NCBI GenBank assembly: GCA_963745075.1
Contig: CAVUWV010000014.1
Coordinates: 128,001-192,000, forward strand
DNA length: 64,000 nt
Direction of reading: 5' to 3'
Source: Candidatus Hydrogenedentota bacterium
Lineage (GTDB): Bacteria; Hydrogenedentota; Hydrogenedentia; Hydrogenedentales; SLHB01
In this document: positions 1-9,149 of the stretch, one piece after another
Numbering within the stretch: the stretch's first letter is position 1
How the letters are laid out: each line of letters starts with the position of its first letter
The notes under the pieces: generated by a model
The model's input: only the letters and a program-made list of their open reading frames with translations
The model's database searches: none
What the model was told of the DNA's origin: nothing
Position numbers and translations under genes: made by a program

Positions 1-3
1 CAT

Positions 4-1674
4 ATGACCACGGCTCGTGAGGTGATATGCAATCTGGGCGGGCTCGACGCCACGAACAGCTTTACGCGGCTGTACCTGGCGATTTTCGGCCAGTATCCCT
101 GGGAGAAATGCCCGGCTGTGCCGCCGGAAATTGTCCTGCTTCCCCCATGGTCACCCATTAATTTGCACGATATGTCGTCCTGGAGCCGCGGGATCGTAGT
201 GCCGCTCGCGGTGATCTGGGCGCACAAACCCCATTGTCCCGTTCCCGAGCACGCGAACATTCCGGAACTTCGCGTCGACGGTGCCGAGCACGAGTACAAA
301 ATGACCGGCAAGTGGTCCGCCTTTTTCATGACCATCGACACGACCTTGAAGGCGGTCGAGAATACCCACCTGACCCCGCTTCGCGAGAAGGCCCTCAAAG
401 CCTGCGAGCGCTGGATGGTCGGTCATTTTGACAAGAGCGACGGTATTGGCGCCATCTTTCCGCCGATCGTCAATTCGATCATCGCGCTCCGGTGTTTTGG
501 CTACAACAACGATCATCCCCTGACCCAATCCCAGATCGCCGAACTAGAGAAGCTGGAAATCGACGAGGACGATACGGTCCGCCTGCAACCCTGCTTTTCC
601 CCGGTGTGGGATACGGCGTACGTCATGCACGCCTTGCTCGAATCGGGCCTCGACAGCAAGCATCCGGCCCTTGTGAAGGCGGGGGAATGGATCCTGGGCA
701 AGGAAGTCCGCGTGGCCGGCGATTGGAGAATCAAGAGTCCGCACGCCAAGCCGGGCGGCTGGTACTTCGAGTACAACAACGATTTTTACCCCGACATGGA
801 CGACACCTTCGAGGTGTTGACGACCCTCGGCCGCATGACCTTCCCCGACGAGGCCACGGAAAAGCAGAAGCAGGATGCCATGCAGCGGGCCGTCGATTGG
901 ATCACGGCCATGCAGAATACCGATGGCGGGTGGGGCGCCTTTGACCGCGGCTGCGATAAGGAATTCCTAACGCAGATCCCGTTCGCCGATCACAACGCGA
1001 TGATCGATCCCAGCACCAGCGATATCACCGCGCGAGGTGTCGAAGCGCTGACGTTTCTCGGGTATGGCCGCAACCACCCGATGGTGAGCCGGGCGCTCCA
1101 GTTCCTCATGAAAGAACAAGAACCGGACGGCACATGGTTTGGCCGCTGGGGCGTCAACTACATCTACGGAACCTGGCTGGCCCTCTGCGCCTACCAGGCC
1201 GCGGGGGAAGATGTGCAACAAACGTCGGTTCAGCGCGCGGCGAAATGGCTCCGCAGCATTCAGAACCTGGACGGCGGCTGGGGCGAATCTCCCAAAAGCT
1301 ATGAGGATTCCGAACACAAAGGCAAAGGCCCCAGTACGGCCTCGCAAACCGCGTGGGCCCTGATGGGTCTCATGGCCACCGGCGACTACGACAGCCTCAG
1401 CGTGCAACGCGGCGTCGCGTATCTTTTGCAGACCAAGCGGCCCGACGGTTCTTGGTTCGACGAGCATTGGACCGGCACCGGGTTCCCGTGCGTGTTCTAT
1501 CTCCACTACCATTACTACGCCATCTACTTCCCGTTGATGGCCCTCGCGATTTACAGTAAGAAATGTGGCGTAGGCGTCTCGCCTGCATCCTTGGATCTCG
1601 ATAAGTCAGATCGGTCCGATCGGCCTGATCCGTCTGGTACGCGCTGGGCGGATGCAGCACAACCGCAGGATTAG
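4..1674 (+). CDS. shc: Squalene-hopene cyclase (N-terminus probably outside the window)
   Basis: DxDD motif (YPDMDDT), QW repeats (QNTDGGWG, QEPDGTWFG, QNLDGGWGE), SPVWDTA, C-terminal TGTGFP; adjacent to hpnH. Confidence 0.96.
   Translation: MTTAREVICNLGGLDATNSFTRLYLAIFGQYPWEKCPAVPPEIVLLPPWSPINLHDMSSWSRGIVVPLAVIWAHKPHCPVPEHANIPELRVDGAEHEYKMTGKWSAFFMTIDTTLKAVENTHLTPLREKALKACERWMVGHFDKSDGIGAIFPPIVNSIIALRCFGYNNDHPLTQSQIAELEKLEIDEDDTVRLQPCFSPVWDTAYVMHALLESGLDSKHPALVKAGEWILGKEVRVAGDWRIKSPHAKPGGWYFEYNNDFYPDMDDTFEVLTTLGRMTFPDEATEKQKQDAMQRAVDWITAMQNTDGGWGAFDRGCDKEFLTQIPFADHNAMIDPSTSDITARGVEALTFLGYGRNHPMVSRALQFLMKEQEPDGTWFGRWGVNYIYGTWLALCAYQAAGEDVQQTSVQRAAKWLRSIQNLDGGWGESPKSYEDSEHKGKGPSTASQTAWALMGLMATGDYDSLSVQRGVAYLLQTKRPDGSWFDEHWTGTGFPCVFYLHYHYYAIYFPLMALAIYSKKCGVGVSPASLDLDKSDRSDRPDPSGTRWADAAQPQD
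1600..1635 (+). repeat. Four degenerate 9-bp tandem units in the shc tail
   Basis: GATAAGTCA GATCGGTCC GATCGGCCT GATCCGTCT, encoding DKSDRSDRPDPS. Confidence 0.6.
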
Positions 1675-1682
1675 TTAGTACC

Positions 1683-2684
1683 ATGCGTTTCCCATTCCAT
1701 ATCACCCTGGATTCCATCAAGCACCAGGTGCGCAACGGCATCAAAGGCAACAAGCGCTATCCCATGGTCATGATGCTGGAGCCGTTATACACGTGTAATC
1801 TCGCCTGCATCGGCTGTTCCACCGAACGCCATACCGGAAAACTGAAGGATCGGGTGGCACTGGAGAAATGCTTGCAGGCTCTGGACGACTGCGGCGCGCC
1901 CATCGTGTCCATCTGCGGCGGCGAGCCCACGCTCTATCCCGAATTGAAAGAACTGATCGAAGGCATCATCGCGCGCAAACGGCACATTTACCTCTGCACC
2001 AACGCCCTGTGCCTGGAAAAGAAAGTCTTCGGAAAGATAGCGCCCCACAAGCGCCTCACCATCAACATTCATCTCGACGGCATGCGTGAGACCCACGACA
2101 AGGTCTGCGCGAAAGATGGCGTGTTTGACGAAGCCATCGCCATGCTCAAAGAGGGCAAGCGTCTCGGCTACCACATGTACACCAACACCACCATCTACCG
2201 CGAAACCGAGATGGAAGAGGTCGAAGAGTTGTGCGAGGTATGTGTCGCCGCCGGGGTGGACGGCATGCTGATCGCCCCCGGCTACCAGTACTCCAGCGTC
2301 GACAAGGACATCTTCCTCAATCGCCGGCAGATCAACGATAAATTCAAGCGCGTACTCGAACTGTCCAAGCGCTACCGGCTCAGCTCGACCCCCATGTACC
2401 TCGAATTCGCCGCCGGCATGCGCGACTACAAGTGTTCCCCATGGAGCACCGTGACCTACACGCCTAACGGCTGGAAAGGCCCCTGCTACCTCATCGGAAA
2501 GAATCACTTCGAAACCTGGGATGAGTTCTGGAACACCACCGACTGGGAGTACTGGGAATCCCGCCAGGACCAACTCTGCCAGAACTGCATGATGCACAGC
2601 GGCTTCGAAGCCTCCGCCGTCTTCGAACTCAAACACAGCCCCAAAGACATGGTCCGCATGGCCGCCTGGAATTTGCTCGGGTAA
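1683..2684 (+). CDS. hpnH: Adenosyl-hopene transferase, radical SAM
   Basis: MLEPLYTCNLACIGC (CxxxCxxC), GGEP, C-terminal CQNCMMHSGFEAS; 8 bp downstream of shc. Confidence 0.92.
   Translation: MRFPFHITLDSIKHQVRNGIKGNKRYPMVMMLEPLYTCNLACIGCSTERHTGKLKDRVALEKCLQALDDCGAPIVSICGGEPTLYPELKELIEGIIARKRHIYLCTNALCLEKKVFGKIAPHKRLTINIHLDGMRETHDKVCAKDGVFDEAIAMLKEGKRLGYHMYTNTTIYRETEMEEVEELCEVCVAAGVDGMLIAPGYQYSSVDKDIFLNRRQINDKFKRVLELSKRYRLSSTPMYLEFAAGMRDYKCSPWSTVTYTPNGWKGPCYLIGKNHFETWDEFWNTTDWEYWESRQDQLCQNCMMHSGFEASAVFELKHSPKDMVRMAAWNLLG
2596..2684 (+). repeat. Copy 1 of ~89-bp imperfect direct repeat (3' end of hpnH)
   Basis: TTCGAAGCCTCCGCCGTC..CGAACTCAA..CACAGCCC..ACATGGT.CGCATGGCCG.CTGGAA aligns with 4173-4260. 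Confidence 0.9.
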
Positions 2685-2872
2685 GGTCCGTGCTTGTCCG
2701 TGTGCAGTCAAGGTGTCCCCGATCAATCGGGTGTATATCGAGTTTGCCGTCACAGGGCGAATAGCAGGTGAAAATCGGGTGTGCAAGATGAGAGGTTGAG
2801 TCAATGGAGTAAAAGATAGACGCCCATTTTGATGGGAAAGTTATCATACCCGACGAACTTGTCAATCTGCCA

Positions 2873-2905
2873 GCCGGCCAACGTCTACCGCCGGCCAACG
2901 TCTAC
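2873..2905 (+). repeat. 16-bp perfect tandem duplication
   Basis: GCCGGCCAACGTCTAC at 2873-2888 and 2890-2905. Confidence 0.85.
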
Positions 2906-3109
2906 GCGTTCGCCTCGAACTAGCGAATCGCTTACTCCGCGCTTTGCCAACCTGCCGGACTTCTCAACAGATTTCGAAGACGCGCCATGCAATCTCGCCT
3001 CCCAACACGACTATTACCTTTACGGAACTCCGAAACGTTAGTGCTTACAACGCACAAGTCTCTTACGGGTGCGCGTCCACGTCGAGTTAGGGGAGGTCAA
3101 CTAATAGCC

Positions 3110-3616
3110 ATGTGGGAGCGAACGAGCGCAAATTCAAAGCAGGTCATATCACATGCTCGCGAGCGAGCCATGGAACTTCATCGCGACCGCGTCCAGGCAG
3201 AACACCTCCTTCTTGGAATCTGCCTTATTTCGGACTGCATTGCTGGGCGGATATTTTTGCAGAAAGGCGTAGAATCGGAGACGCTCGTCTCAACTAATCT
3301 CAGTGAATCGCAACCTGGGGCGACAGACCACGCGAAAGAGATTTCTTTCGCAGTGCCTGCGAAGCGAACGTTGGAGCATTCAGTAGACGAAGCTTATAGA
3401 ATGAACGGCGGCTACGATGGCCAAATTGGAACCGAGTGCCTTCTCATCGGAATTCTTCGCGAAATAGACTCCGTCGCTGCACAGGACCTTCAAAGTCACG
3501 GACTGAATGCGTCTGACGTGCGCCCGGAGGTCGAACGATCCCTTCTCGCGCACCCGAAAAAACACCGAATCCAATGCATAGTGCGCGGCGCAATCTGCTC
3601 GTCACCGCCCATTTGA
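3110..3616 (+). CDS. Clp protease N-terminal (Clp R) domain-only protein
   Basis: MWERTS..ISHARERA..AEHLLLGI and second repeat LEHSVDEA..IGTECLLIGIL; GGGAGG SD before ATG 3110; no AAA+ module. Confidence 0.8.
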   Translation: MWERTSANSKQVISHARERAMELHRDRVQAEHLLLGICLISDCIAGRIFLQKGVESETLVSTNLSESQPGATDHAKEISFAVPAKRTLEHSVDEAYRMNGGYDGQIGTECLLIGILREIDSVAAQDLQSHGLNASDVRPEVERSLLAHPKKHRIQCIVRGAICSSPPI

Positions 3617-3841
3617 CTCGACCACCAATTGATGTCGTGCCTTGGGGCGCCGCTTCCCGAGCTTCTGCAAGCTTTCGAGATGTAGATCCAGTGCCTCACA
3701 CGCGTTGCTGAACGCTTCGCTCAGCGATTCCCCGCTTGTGATGATATCCGGAATATCTGGAAAATCGACGGTGTACGCCGGCTCCCTTGCCTCGTATGTG
3801 ATGGCAAATACATAACCGCGGTATTCATGAATTGTGTTCAT
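3602..3841 (-). CDS. hicB: HicB-family antitoxin
   Basis: YTVDFPDIPDIITSGESLSEAFSNACEAL; overlaps the end of the hicA-like gene. Confidence 0.9.
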   Translation of the reverse strand: MNTIHEYRGYVFAITYEAREPAYTVDFPDIPDIITSGESLSEAFSNACEALDLHLESLQKLGKRRPKARHQLVVESNGR

Positions 3842-4073
3842 GGCCCAGTACCCTCAGGAGACGCCTGATATCTGATGCGAAGCAAGTCTTGCGGCCGCCA
3901 TGCGGCTTTACGACGGTAAGCACGCGACCATCGGTCCGATGGTAGGCACAATGGCTGCCCCGCTGATTAAACAATACGAATCCTTCATTTCTCAGAAGTG
4001 CATCGACCTCGTTAAATCGGATACTTCCCGGAGAATCCCGCATCTTGGCGATCAACTTCTCTCGTCGGGTCAT
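3825..4073 (-). CDS. hicA: HicA-family toxin
   Basis: 82 aa, basic, LLRNEGF..NQRGSHCAY motif; GGAGGAG SD before ATG 4073. Confidence 0.88.
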   Translation of the reverse strand: MTRREKLIAKMRDSPGSIRFNEVDALLRNEGFVLFNQRGSHCAYHRTDGRVLTVVKPHGGRKTCFASDIRRLLRVLGHEHNS

Positions 4074-4172
4074 TAATCTCCTCCGCTTCGGTCCGCTCCC
4101 GGAGCGCAATCCACTCTTCATTTATAATAGCATTGCATACGATACCTGTACACTGACCGATCGCGCTACCAA

Positions 4173-4260
4173 ACAGCAGTTTCGAAGCCTCCGCCGTCAT
4201 CGAACTCAAGCACAGCCCAAAACACATGGTTCGCATGGCCGTCTGGAACCTGCCGGGAAA
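4173..4260 (+). pseudogene. Copy 2 of repeat: degenerate hpnH 3'-end fragment
   Basis: Reads FEASAVIELKHSPKHMVRMAVWNL versus hpnH FEASAVFELKHSPKDMVRMAAWNL; about ten substitutions and one 1-bp deletion. Confidence 0.88.
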
Positions 4261-4750
4261 GCGTCGGCCGCCGGACTGTGTAGGCCCGTGGCCGCCCATA
4301 TACCGGTCGAACGCCCGTGACGTGTATCTCATTCGCTTACGGTCGGAGATGATCCCGCCGAATATCAGGCCGTCTATTGTGAAGGCGGAGACAAGGTCGT
4401 GATTGACCTGCCGGAAATCAAAATCTCCCTTCAACAAGGTAATGAGAACGTCTGAATGATTTCGCATGATCCAGGAAAGCAAAGACATCCGTGACGCCAG
4501 CAAGTTGTTCCCTGAGACGACCCCGGCAATTCACCCTTGCCCCCTTTCATGGGGGGTCATCGGGGGGGAGGTTTACCGCGAAATTGCACCGTTGCGTGGT
4601 TGAACTGGCTATCCGACGCCGGACACAAACGGCGGACCTATTTCGAAGTGACACGTTTTGACTCGGAAATGTTACCTTTTGTGCCAGATTCCCAAAATGT
4701 TTCCATCTGTTACCGGTGCAACTCCTTACCGGCGAAACTCCAATCTTTTC

Positions 4751-4766
4751 CGGCACAGCCCTTGCT
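4751..4766 (+). promoter_or_regulatory. Putative sigma54 -24/-12 promoter for rlpA
   Basis: cGGCACAGCCCTTGCT, GG-N10-GC spacing, ~40 bp before ATG. Confidence 0.55.
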
Positions 4767-4807
4767 CCCCATGTCGTCATCGTTTCGACTATACACAAGG
4801 CATCGGA

Positions 4808-5335
4808 ATGTCTCAGAGGTCTTTGAACTACCGTGTCGGTGTTGCATTGCTCGGCGTCCTGGTTGCGGCGATGCCGCTCGCAGGGTGCAAGACCGCGCCG
4901 GAAGTGTTACCCACACCGGAACAGGAGCACGAAGCCGTCACACCGGCGCCGCCCCCGCAACACCAACAGCCCCCGTCCGCATCTGCGACTGGGGAACCCG
5001 AGCGTCCATCCAACCCCGAGCCACCTTCGAAAGTTAAGGCGGAGACCGGTGAAGCGTCGTGGTACGGTGGACCGCTCAATGGAAAGAAAACCGCTTCGGG
5101 AAAGATATATGACCCCAACGCATATACGGCGGCGCATAACAGCTTGCCATTTGGCACCCGCGTCCGCGTCATCAATCTGGACTCGGGCAAACATGTCGAT
5201 GTCGTTATCAATGACCGGGGGCCGCATGTCGACGGGCGCCTCATCGATCTTTCGCAGGCGGCAGCCGAAGCAATCGGCATTAAGAAAGATGGCGTACAAG
5301 AAGTACGCATCGAGGTGCTCGAATCGGGTACGTAA
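4808..5335 (+). CDS. rlpA: RlpA-family lytic transglycosylase lipoprotein
   Basis: Lipobox LAGC, Pro-rich linker, GEASWYG..TASG..TAAH.SLPFGT..INDRGP..IDLS domain. Confidence 0.93.
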   Translation: MSQRSLNYRVGVALLGVLVAAMPLAGCKTAPEVLPTPEQEHEAVTPAPPPQHQQPPSASATGEPERPSNPEPPSKVKAETGEASWYGGPLNGKKTASGKIYDPNAYTAAHNSLPFGTRVRVINLDSGKHVDVVINDRGPHVDGRLIDLSQAAAEAIGIKKDGVQEVRIEVLESGT

Positions 5336-5608
5336 CGCGGCGCGTCACGCCCTCCGGCGTCGGCTGGTCGATCCTGATCGGCTCAATGTTCGGTTCGGCA
5401 TGAACGCGCGCGCGAACGCTTTTTTGACCGCGTGATCTTTCCACACTCAAAGACCCGAGTGCATGACGACGGGTATACTGCCCCACCTGACCGCAAACGC
5501 CGCGGGGGTGTCGGCCACCGAACCGTAGAGGTGCGCTGCGATAGGGATGCTGGCCACGATATGCAACGAGCGCAGGGTGTACTCCGTTTCGTAGGTGCTC
5601 TCATCCCC

Positions 5609-5974
5609 TCACCCTCGCGGTGCGCGCACTTCGACTGGGATCCCTTCCGGCCCGGCGCACATGAAGTACACATTCGGCCCGCCGTCGCTCAATTCACGTT
5701 TCATGGGTACACCTGCGTGCTGCAATCGCGCGTACAGTTCTTCGACCTGCGCCGCTTCTTCCAGCACGAATCCCACATGGAAATCGTGCGGATAGAGGGG
5801 TGCGGACGTTTGATTCGTCAAGTTGCTAAGTCCCAGCGAGAAACCCGCGCCGTCATCCAATATCGCCATCTCGTTTCGACGCGTGTAGTCGCATTGCAGA
5901 CCAAAATGCGTTTCAAAGAACGAGCGCGCCGCGTGAATGTCCGATACCTGAAGATCGAGATGATTGAGTTTCAT
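5609..5974 (-). CDS. VOC/glyoxalase family protein
   Basis: LNHLDLQVSD..FF..FG, FHVGF, GPEGIPVEV. Confidence 0.9.
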   Translation of the reverse strand: MKLNHLDLQVSDIHAARSFFETHFGLQCDYTRRNEMAILDDGAGFSLGLSNLTNQTSAPLYPHDFHVGFVLEEAAQVEELYARLQHAGVPMKRELSDGGPNVYFMCAGPEGIPVEVRAPRG

Positions 5975-6038
5975 GGTTGCACCTCATTTCTGCCCGGGCC
6001 GCGTGACGGATCGGATCGCGGCCGTGATCTTCCCAGCC

Positions 6039-6077
6039 TTGCAAATTGATTATACAGAATGTATATCTAACTTGCAA
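6039..6077. promoter_or_regulatory. Palindromic operator between divergent VOC and TetR genes
   Basis: TATACA-GAA-TGTATA at 6051-6065, flanked by TTGCAA on both sides. Confidence 0.65.
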
Positions 6078-6149
6078 CTGAGCAAATCGAACGGAAACTC
6101 ATGGGATGGAAACGGGATGAATTCAAGAGGGGCGAAGATAAATGCGAAC

Positions 6150-6800
6150 ATGCCACGCAAGTGCCCGCGTCCCTATCGCTTAGGGCAACGCGCGACCGCG
6201 ATGGAAGAGACTCGGGTGCGGATTCTGGCGACCGCTGAGGAGATCATCCTGAGCCAGTGGGCCTTCTCGGAGTTTTCCATGGAGGCCGTAGCGCGCAAGG
6301 CTGGCGTTACTCGCGTAACCGTATATCATAGGTTCGGTTCGAAACGGGGATTACTCGAAGCGTTATTTGACCGTATCGGAACCCGCGGCCGCCTCGGAGA
6401 GATGATCCCCGCCGCATTTTCACATTCCGACGCCGTCGAAGCACTTCGTGCGTATGTCCTTGCGTTCTGCGATTTCTGGGACGGTGATCGCGTACTAAAT
6501 CGCCGGCTGCGCGGATTCGCGCTTTTGGACAAGGATTTTGCCGAAGTGATCGCATCCCGATACGCGCGGCGTCATCGGGCGATCGAGGTGCTGCTTCGTC
6601 GTCTGCAATCCCATGGCTGCTGCAATATCTCCGTGAACCAAGCGGACCTCATCCAAACTCTGCTTGCTTTGACGAGCTTCGAATTCTACGATGAACTTGC
6701 CGGACAACGCCGCCCGGAACAGATCGCTCCCATTGTGTTTCGACTCGTATCGTCGGAGTTGGGTCTGACACCGGATCTCCCCGAAGTAACCGGGAACTGA
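6150..6800 (+). CDS. TetR/AcrR family regulator
   Basis: HTH SMEAVARKAGVTRVTVYHRFGSKRGLL; start chosen at MPRK. Confidence 0.92.
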   Translation: MPRKCPRPYRLGQRATAMEETRVRILATAEEIILSQWAFSEFSMEAVARKAGVTRVTVYHRFGSKRGLLEALFDRIGTRGRLGEMIPAAFSHSDAVEALRAYVLAFCDFWDGDRVLNRRLRGFALLDKDFAEVIASRYARRHRAIEVLLRRLQSHGCCNISVNQADLIQTLLALTSFEFYDELAGQRRPEQIAPIVFRLVSSELGLTPDLPEVTGN

Positions 6801-6803
6801 AAC

Positions 6804-7475
6804 ATGCGCGAAGCCATGGAGAAGAGCAAACTGGGGAGCGTCTACGACCGCGTCGCGAATCGCTATGACTTCCAGCATGGATTCCTCACGGCGAAATCGG
6901 ATCAGCGCGGCCGGAGGTTGCTCGTGGAGAAGGCGGTCAGCTCCGGCGATCAAGTCCTTGATTGCGGGGCCGGCACGGGGATCACCGGGCTCATGGCCGC
7001 AGAAAAGGTCGGTCCCGACGGCAAGGTCGTCCTGTTCGATATGAGCGAAGGCATGTTGGCGGTCGCGAAGGAAAAGGTGGTGCGCGCCAATCTGCAGGAC
7101 CGCATCGAATTCGAAGTGGGGGACATGCTCGATCTGCCCTTCGAAGATGATCGCTTCGACGTGGTTTTGTCGACGTACAGTCTCTGTCCGGTCTTCGATC
7201 CCGCGAAGGGTGCGGCGGAGCTGTATCGCGTCACCAAACCCGGCGGCAGGATCGGCATCGCCCATTCCACCGAGCCCCAATCCCGATGGATGAAATGGCT
7301 GTCGGACCGGGTGGAGGGGGTCGTTTGGCACATTCCGTCAATCTCGCTGGGCTGCCGTTCGGTCTCGGTCCTGCCCACCCTTGAACGCCTGGGTGGCCAG
7401 ACGACGTTTCAAAAACACATCGGCGTGCCGTTGTGGCCGTTCAGTGTTTTTGTTTTCAAGAAATCCTCGTGTTGA
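6804..7475 (+). CDS. Class I SAM-dependent methyltransferase (UbiE/MenG-like)
   Basis: VLDCGAGTG, DMSEGML, LPFEDDRFD, RVTKPGG. Confidence 0.9.
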   Translation: MREAMEKSKLGSVYDRVANRYDFQHGFLTAKSDQRGRRLLVEKAVSSGDQVLDCGAGTGITGLMAAEKVGPDGKVVLFDMSEGMLAVAKEKVVRANLQDRIEFEVGDMLDLPFEDDRFDVVLSTYSLCPVFDPAKGAAELYRVTKPGGRIGIAHSTEPQSRWMKWLSDRVEGVVWHIPSISLGCRSVSVLPTLERLGGQTTFQKHIGVPLWPFSVFVFKKSSC

Positions 7476-7592
7476 CCCAAGCTCGGTGACCATCGGTGCA
7501 ACTCTGAACGTTCCTCAACGACTACGCATGCTCTATAAGGTGCTTGTATGCATTGCTTTGTGTGTTTCTTGTGAAAATTGTAAAATTCCCTA

Positions 7593-7628
7593 TTGACAAA
7601 TCAACGAATTAAAGATATATTTATCTTT
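7593..7628 (+). promoter_or_regulatory. Sigma70 promoter with overlapping palindrome (likely Rrf2 operator)
   Basis: TTGACA(7593)-17 bp-TATATT(7616); AAAGATA-TATT-TATCTTT at 7611-7628 covers the -10. Confidence 0.75.
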
Positions 7629-7657
7629 GAAGCGTTAATCCAGGGGGGACGCGAGCG

Positions 7658-8167
7658 ATGAAACTCTTCTCACGCGCAAGTGAATACGCGATTCTTACCC
7701 TTATGCACGTCGTCGAGCGGGACTCCCTCGAAGGGTTTTCTCCAAAAGACGTATGCACTTCTGCCGGCATACCCGAAGCCTTCGCCCGCAAAGGGCTGAT
7801 TGCCCTCGCCAAAGCTCGCATTCTTTCCGGCACACCTGGACCCGGCGGCGGGTACCGATTATTGCACGAGCCCTCCGAAGTCTCCCTGTTGGACATTGTG
7901 CTCGCCGTGGACGGCGACCGCGCCTTTGACGAATGCCCGCTTGGCGTGCGGTGCGACGAAACCGACAAAGAAGACTGCCCGCTGGTGTGCGCCACCTGCA
8001 TGCTCGCGGAACCAAACTGCGGTCTCGACCACCTGTGTCCCATGCATTCACTGTGGCGCGATGCCAAAGAGCTGGTCGTCAACCGTCTGCGCGATACGAC
8101 GCTTGCAGACGTTCGTACGCGCGTAAACACGATCGCGCAGAAGGCTGAGCCCGGGGACACGGCGTGA
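7658..8167 (+). CDS. Rrf2 family regulator with expanded Cys-rich loop
   Basis: SRASEYAI, GPGGGYRL, SLLDIVLAVDG; 7 Cys in the C-terminal loop. Confidence 0.93.
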   Translation: MKLFSRASEYAILTLMHVVERDSLEGFSPKDVCTSAGIPEAFARKGLIALAKARILSGTPGPGGGYRLLHEPSEVSLLDIVLAVDGDRAFDECPLGVRCDETDKEDCPLVCATCMLAEPNCGLDHLCPMHSLWRDAKELVVNRLRDTTLADVRTRVNTIAQKAEPGDTA

Positions 8168-8194
8168 AATGGCCGCCGTCCAAACTTGCATACA

Positions 8195-8232
8195 CCGAAT
8201 TCCGCGTCGGGGAAAACGTACGCGGAGTTCGG
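8195..8232 (+). other. Intergenic 13-bp stem-loop
   Basis: CCGAATTCCGCGT / ACGCGGAGTTCGG with one G-U pair; no U-tract. Confidence 0.55.
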
Positions 8233-8315
8233 CTGAGATAAGGGGTTCACGTAACGAGCCCTAGCTGATTCAGTGCCGGATGGCCGGGCCGCAGGGCCTG
8301 GTTGGGGGAGGATCG

Positions 8316-8621
8316 ATGCAGCAGCGAAGCTTCATACGATCGATTCAGTCCGCGATTGGCCGTATACCTTCTTTCGTCGCGTGGTTGTTCAAGCCTGAGA
8401 AGTTTGATGGTGCACCGTGCGATGAAGCGCCGCCTCCCACCCACAAACACACCTCGTTTTTGCGTTGGGTTTTCTCGTGCGATGCGCTGGAAACGGAAGT
8501 GCCGATCCAGCGCGGGCCGAAGGAACCTTCTTTCTTTGCATGGCTGCTCGCACCGGAACGTCTCGAATCGAACTCGACCGAGCGCAACGGGGCCGGCGCG
8601 AAACCTACCGACGGGACTTGA
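8316..8621 (+). CDS. Hypothetical 101-aa protein with three SFxxW repeats
   Basis: GGAGG SD; stop 2 bp before cytochrome ATG; internal repeats. Confidence 0.7.
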   Translation: MQQRSFIRSIQSAIGRIPSFVAWLFKPEKFDGAPCDEAPPPTHKHTSFLRWVFSCDALETEVPIQRGPKEPSFFAWLLAPERLESNSTERNGAGAKPTDGT

Positions 8622-8623
8622 CC

Positions 8624-9112
8624 ATGGAACACACAAAACATCTTTGGCGCGCAATCGTAATTCTCCTTGTCGTATTTGTCGGCGGGGTCGTCGTGCGGCA
8701 CTTCGCCATGCCCAAATCCTTCGGGCTCGACGGACCCTATCGTTACGACGCGTTGAACGATCTCAAGGCGCAGGCGCCGGTTCACGGAGCCCGTACGGAT
8801 TGCCGCTCATGCCATTCCGACGTATGGGACAACGCGGCCCAAGGCAAACACGCTACCGTCAATTGCGAGGTGTGCCACGCCCCCTTGACCGTTCACGCCA
8901 AGGGAGACGAGAAGATTGCGGACATGCCCAGCAATCGCGCGGCCAGCCTGTGCGCCTATTGCCACCAAAAACTTCGGGCCAAGCCCGAAGACATGCCGCA
9001 GATCGACTTCATGGCGCACTTGACCACGCTGGAGGCCGCGCCGGAGGACGGAGAGATCGCCGACGGCACCTGCATCGTTTGCCACGACGTTCACAATCCA
9101 GCGCTTCAATGA
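8624..9112 (+). CDS. Membrane-anchored tetraheme cytochrome c
   Basis: N-terminal hydrophobic helix; CRSCH, CEVCH, CAYCH, CIVCH. Confidence 0.93.
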   Translation: MEHTKHLWRAIVILLVVFVGGVVVRHFAMPKSFGLDGPYRYDALNDLKAQAPVHGARTDCRSCHSDVWDNAAQGKHATVNCEVCHAPLTVHAKGDEKIADMPSNRAASLCAYCHQKLRAKPEDMPQIDFMAHLTTLEAAPEDGEIADGTCIVCHDVHNPALQ

Positions 9113-9149
9113 CGGTGGGACACCACCCGAAAGCGTTGAGGGGGGAAAT

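Noticed and set aside
2990..3110. Integron attC site (GTTAGGG just before the Clp-N SD; TA genes nearby)
   Set aside because: No matching RYYYAAC or L boxes found, no integrase, mixed gene orientations
4012..4503. 163-aa minus-strand ORF
   Set aside because: Overlaps hicA and the hpnH duplicate; no recognisable domain; at most a fragment
4538..4568. CCCCCTTTCATGGGGGG hairpin as a REP element
   Set aside because: Single short copy in the window; cannot be distinguished from chance
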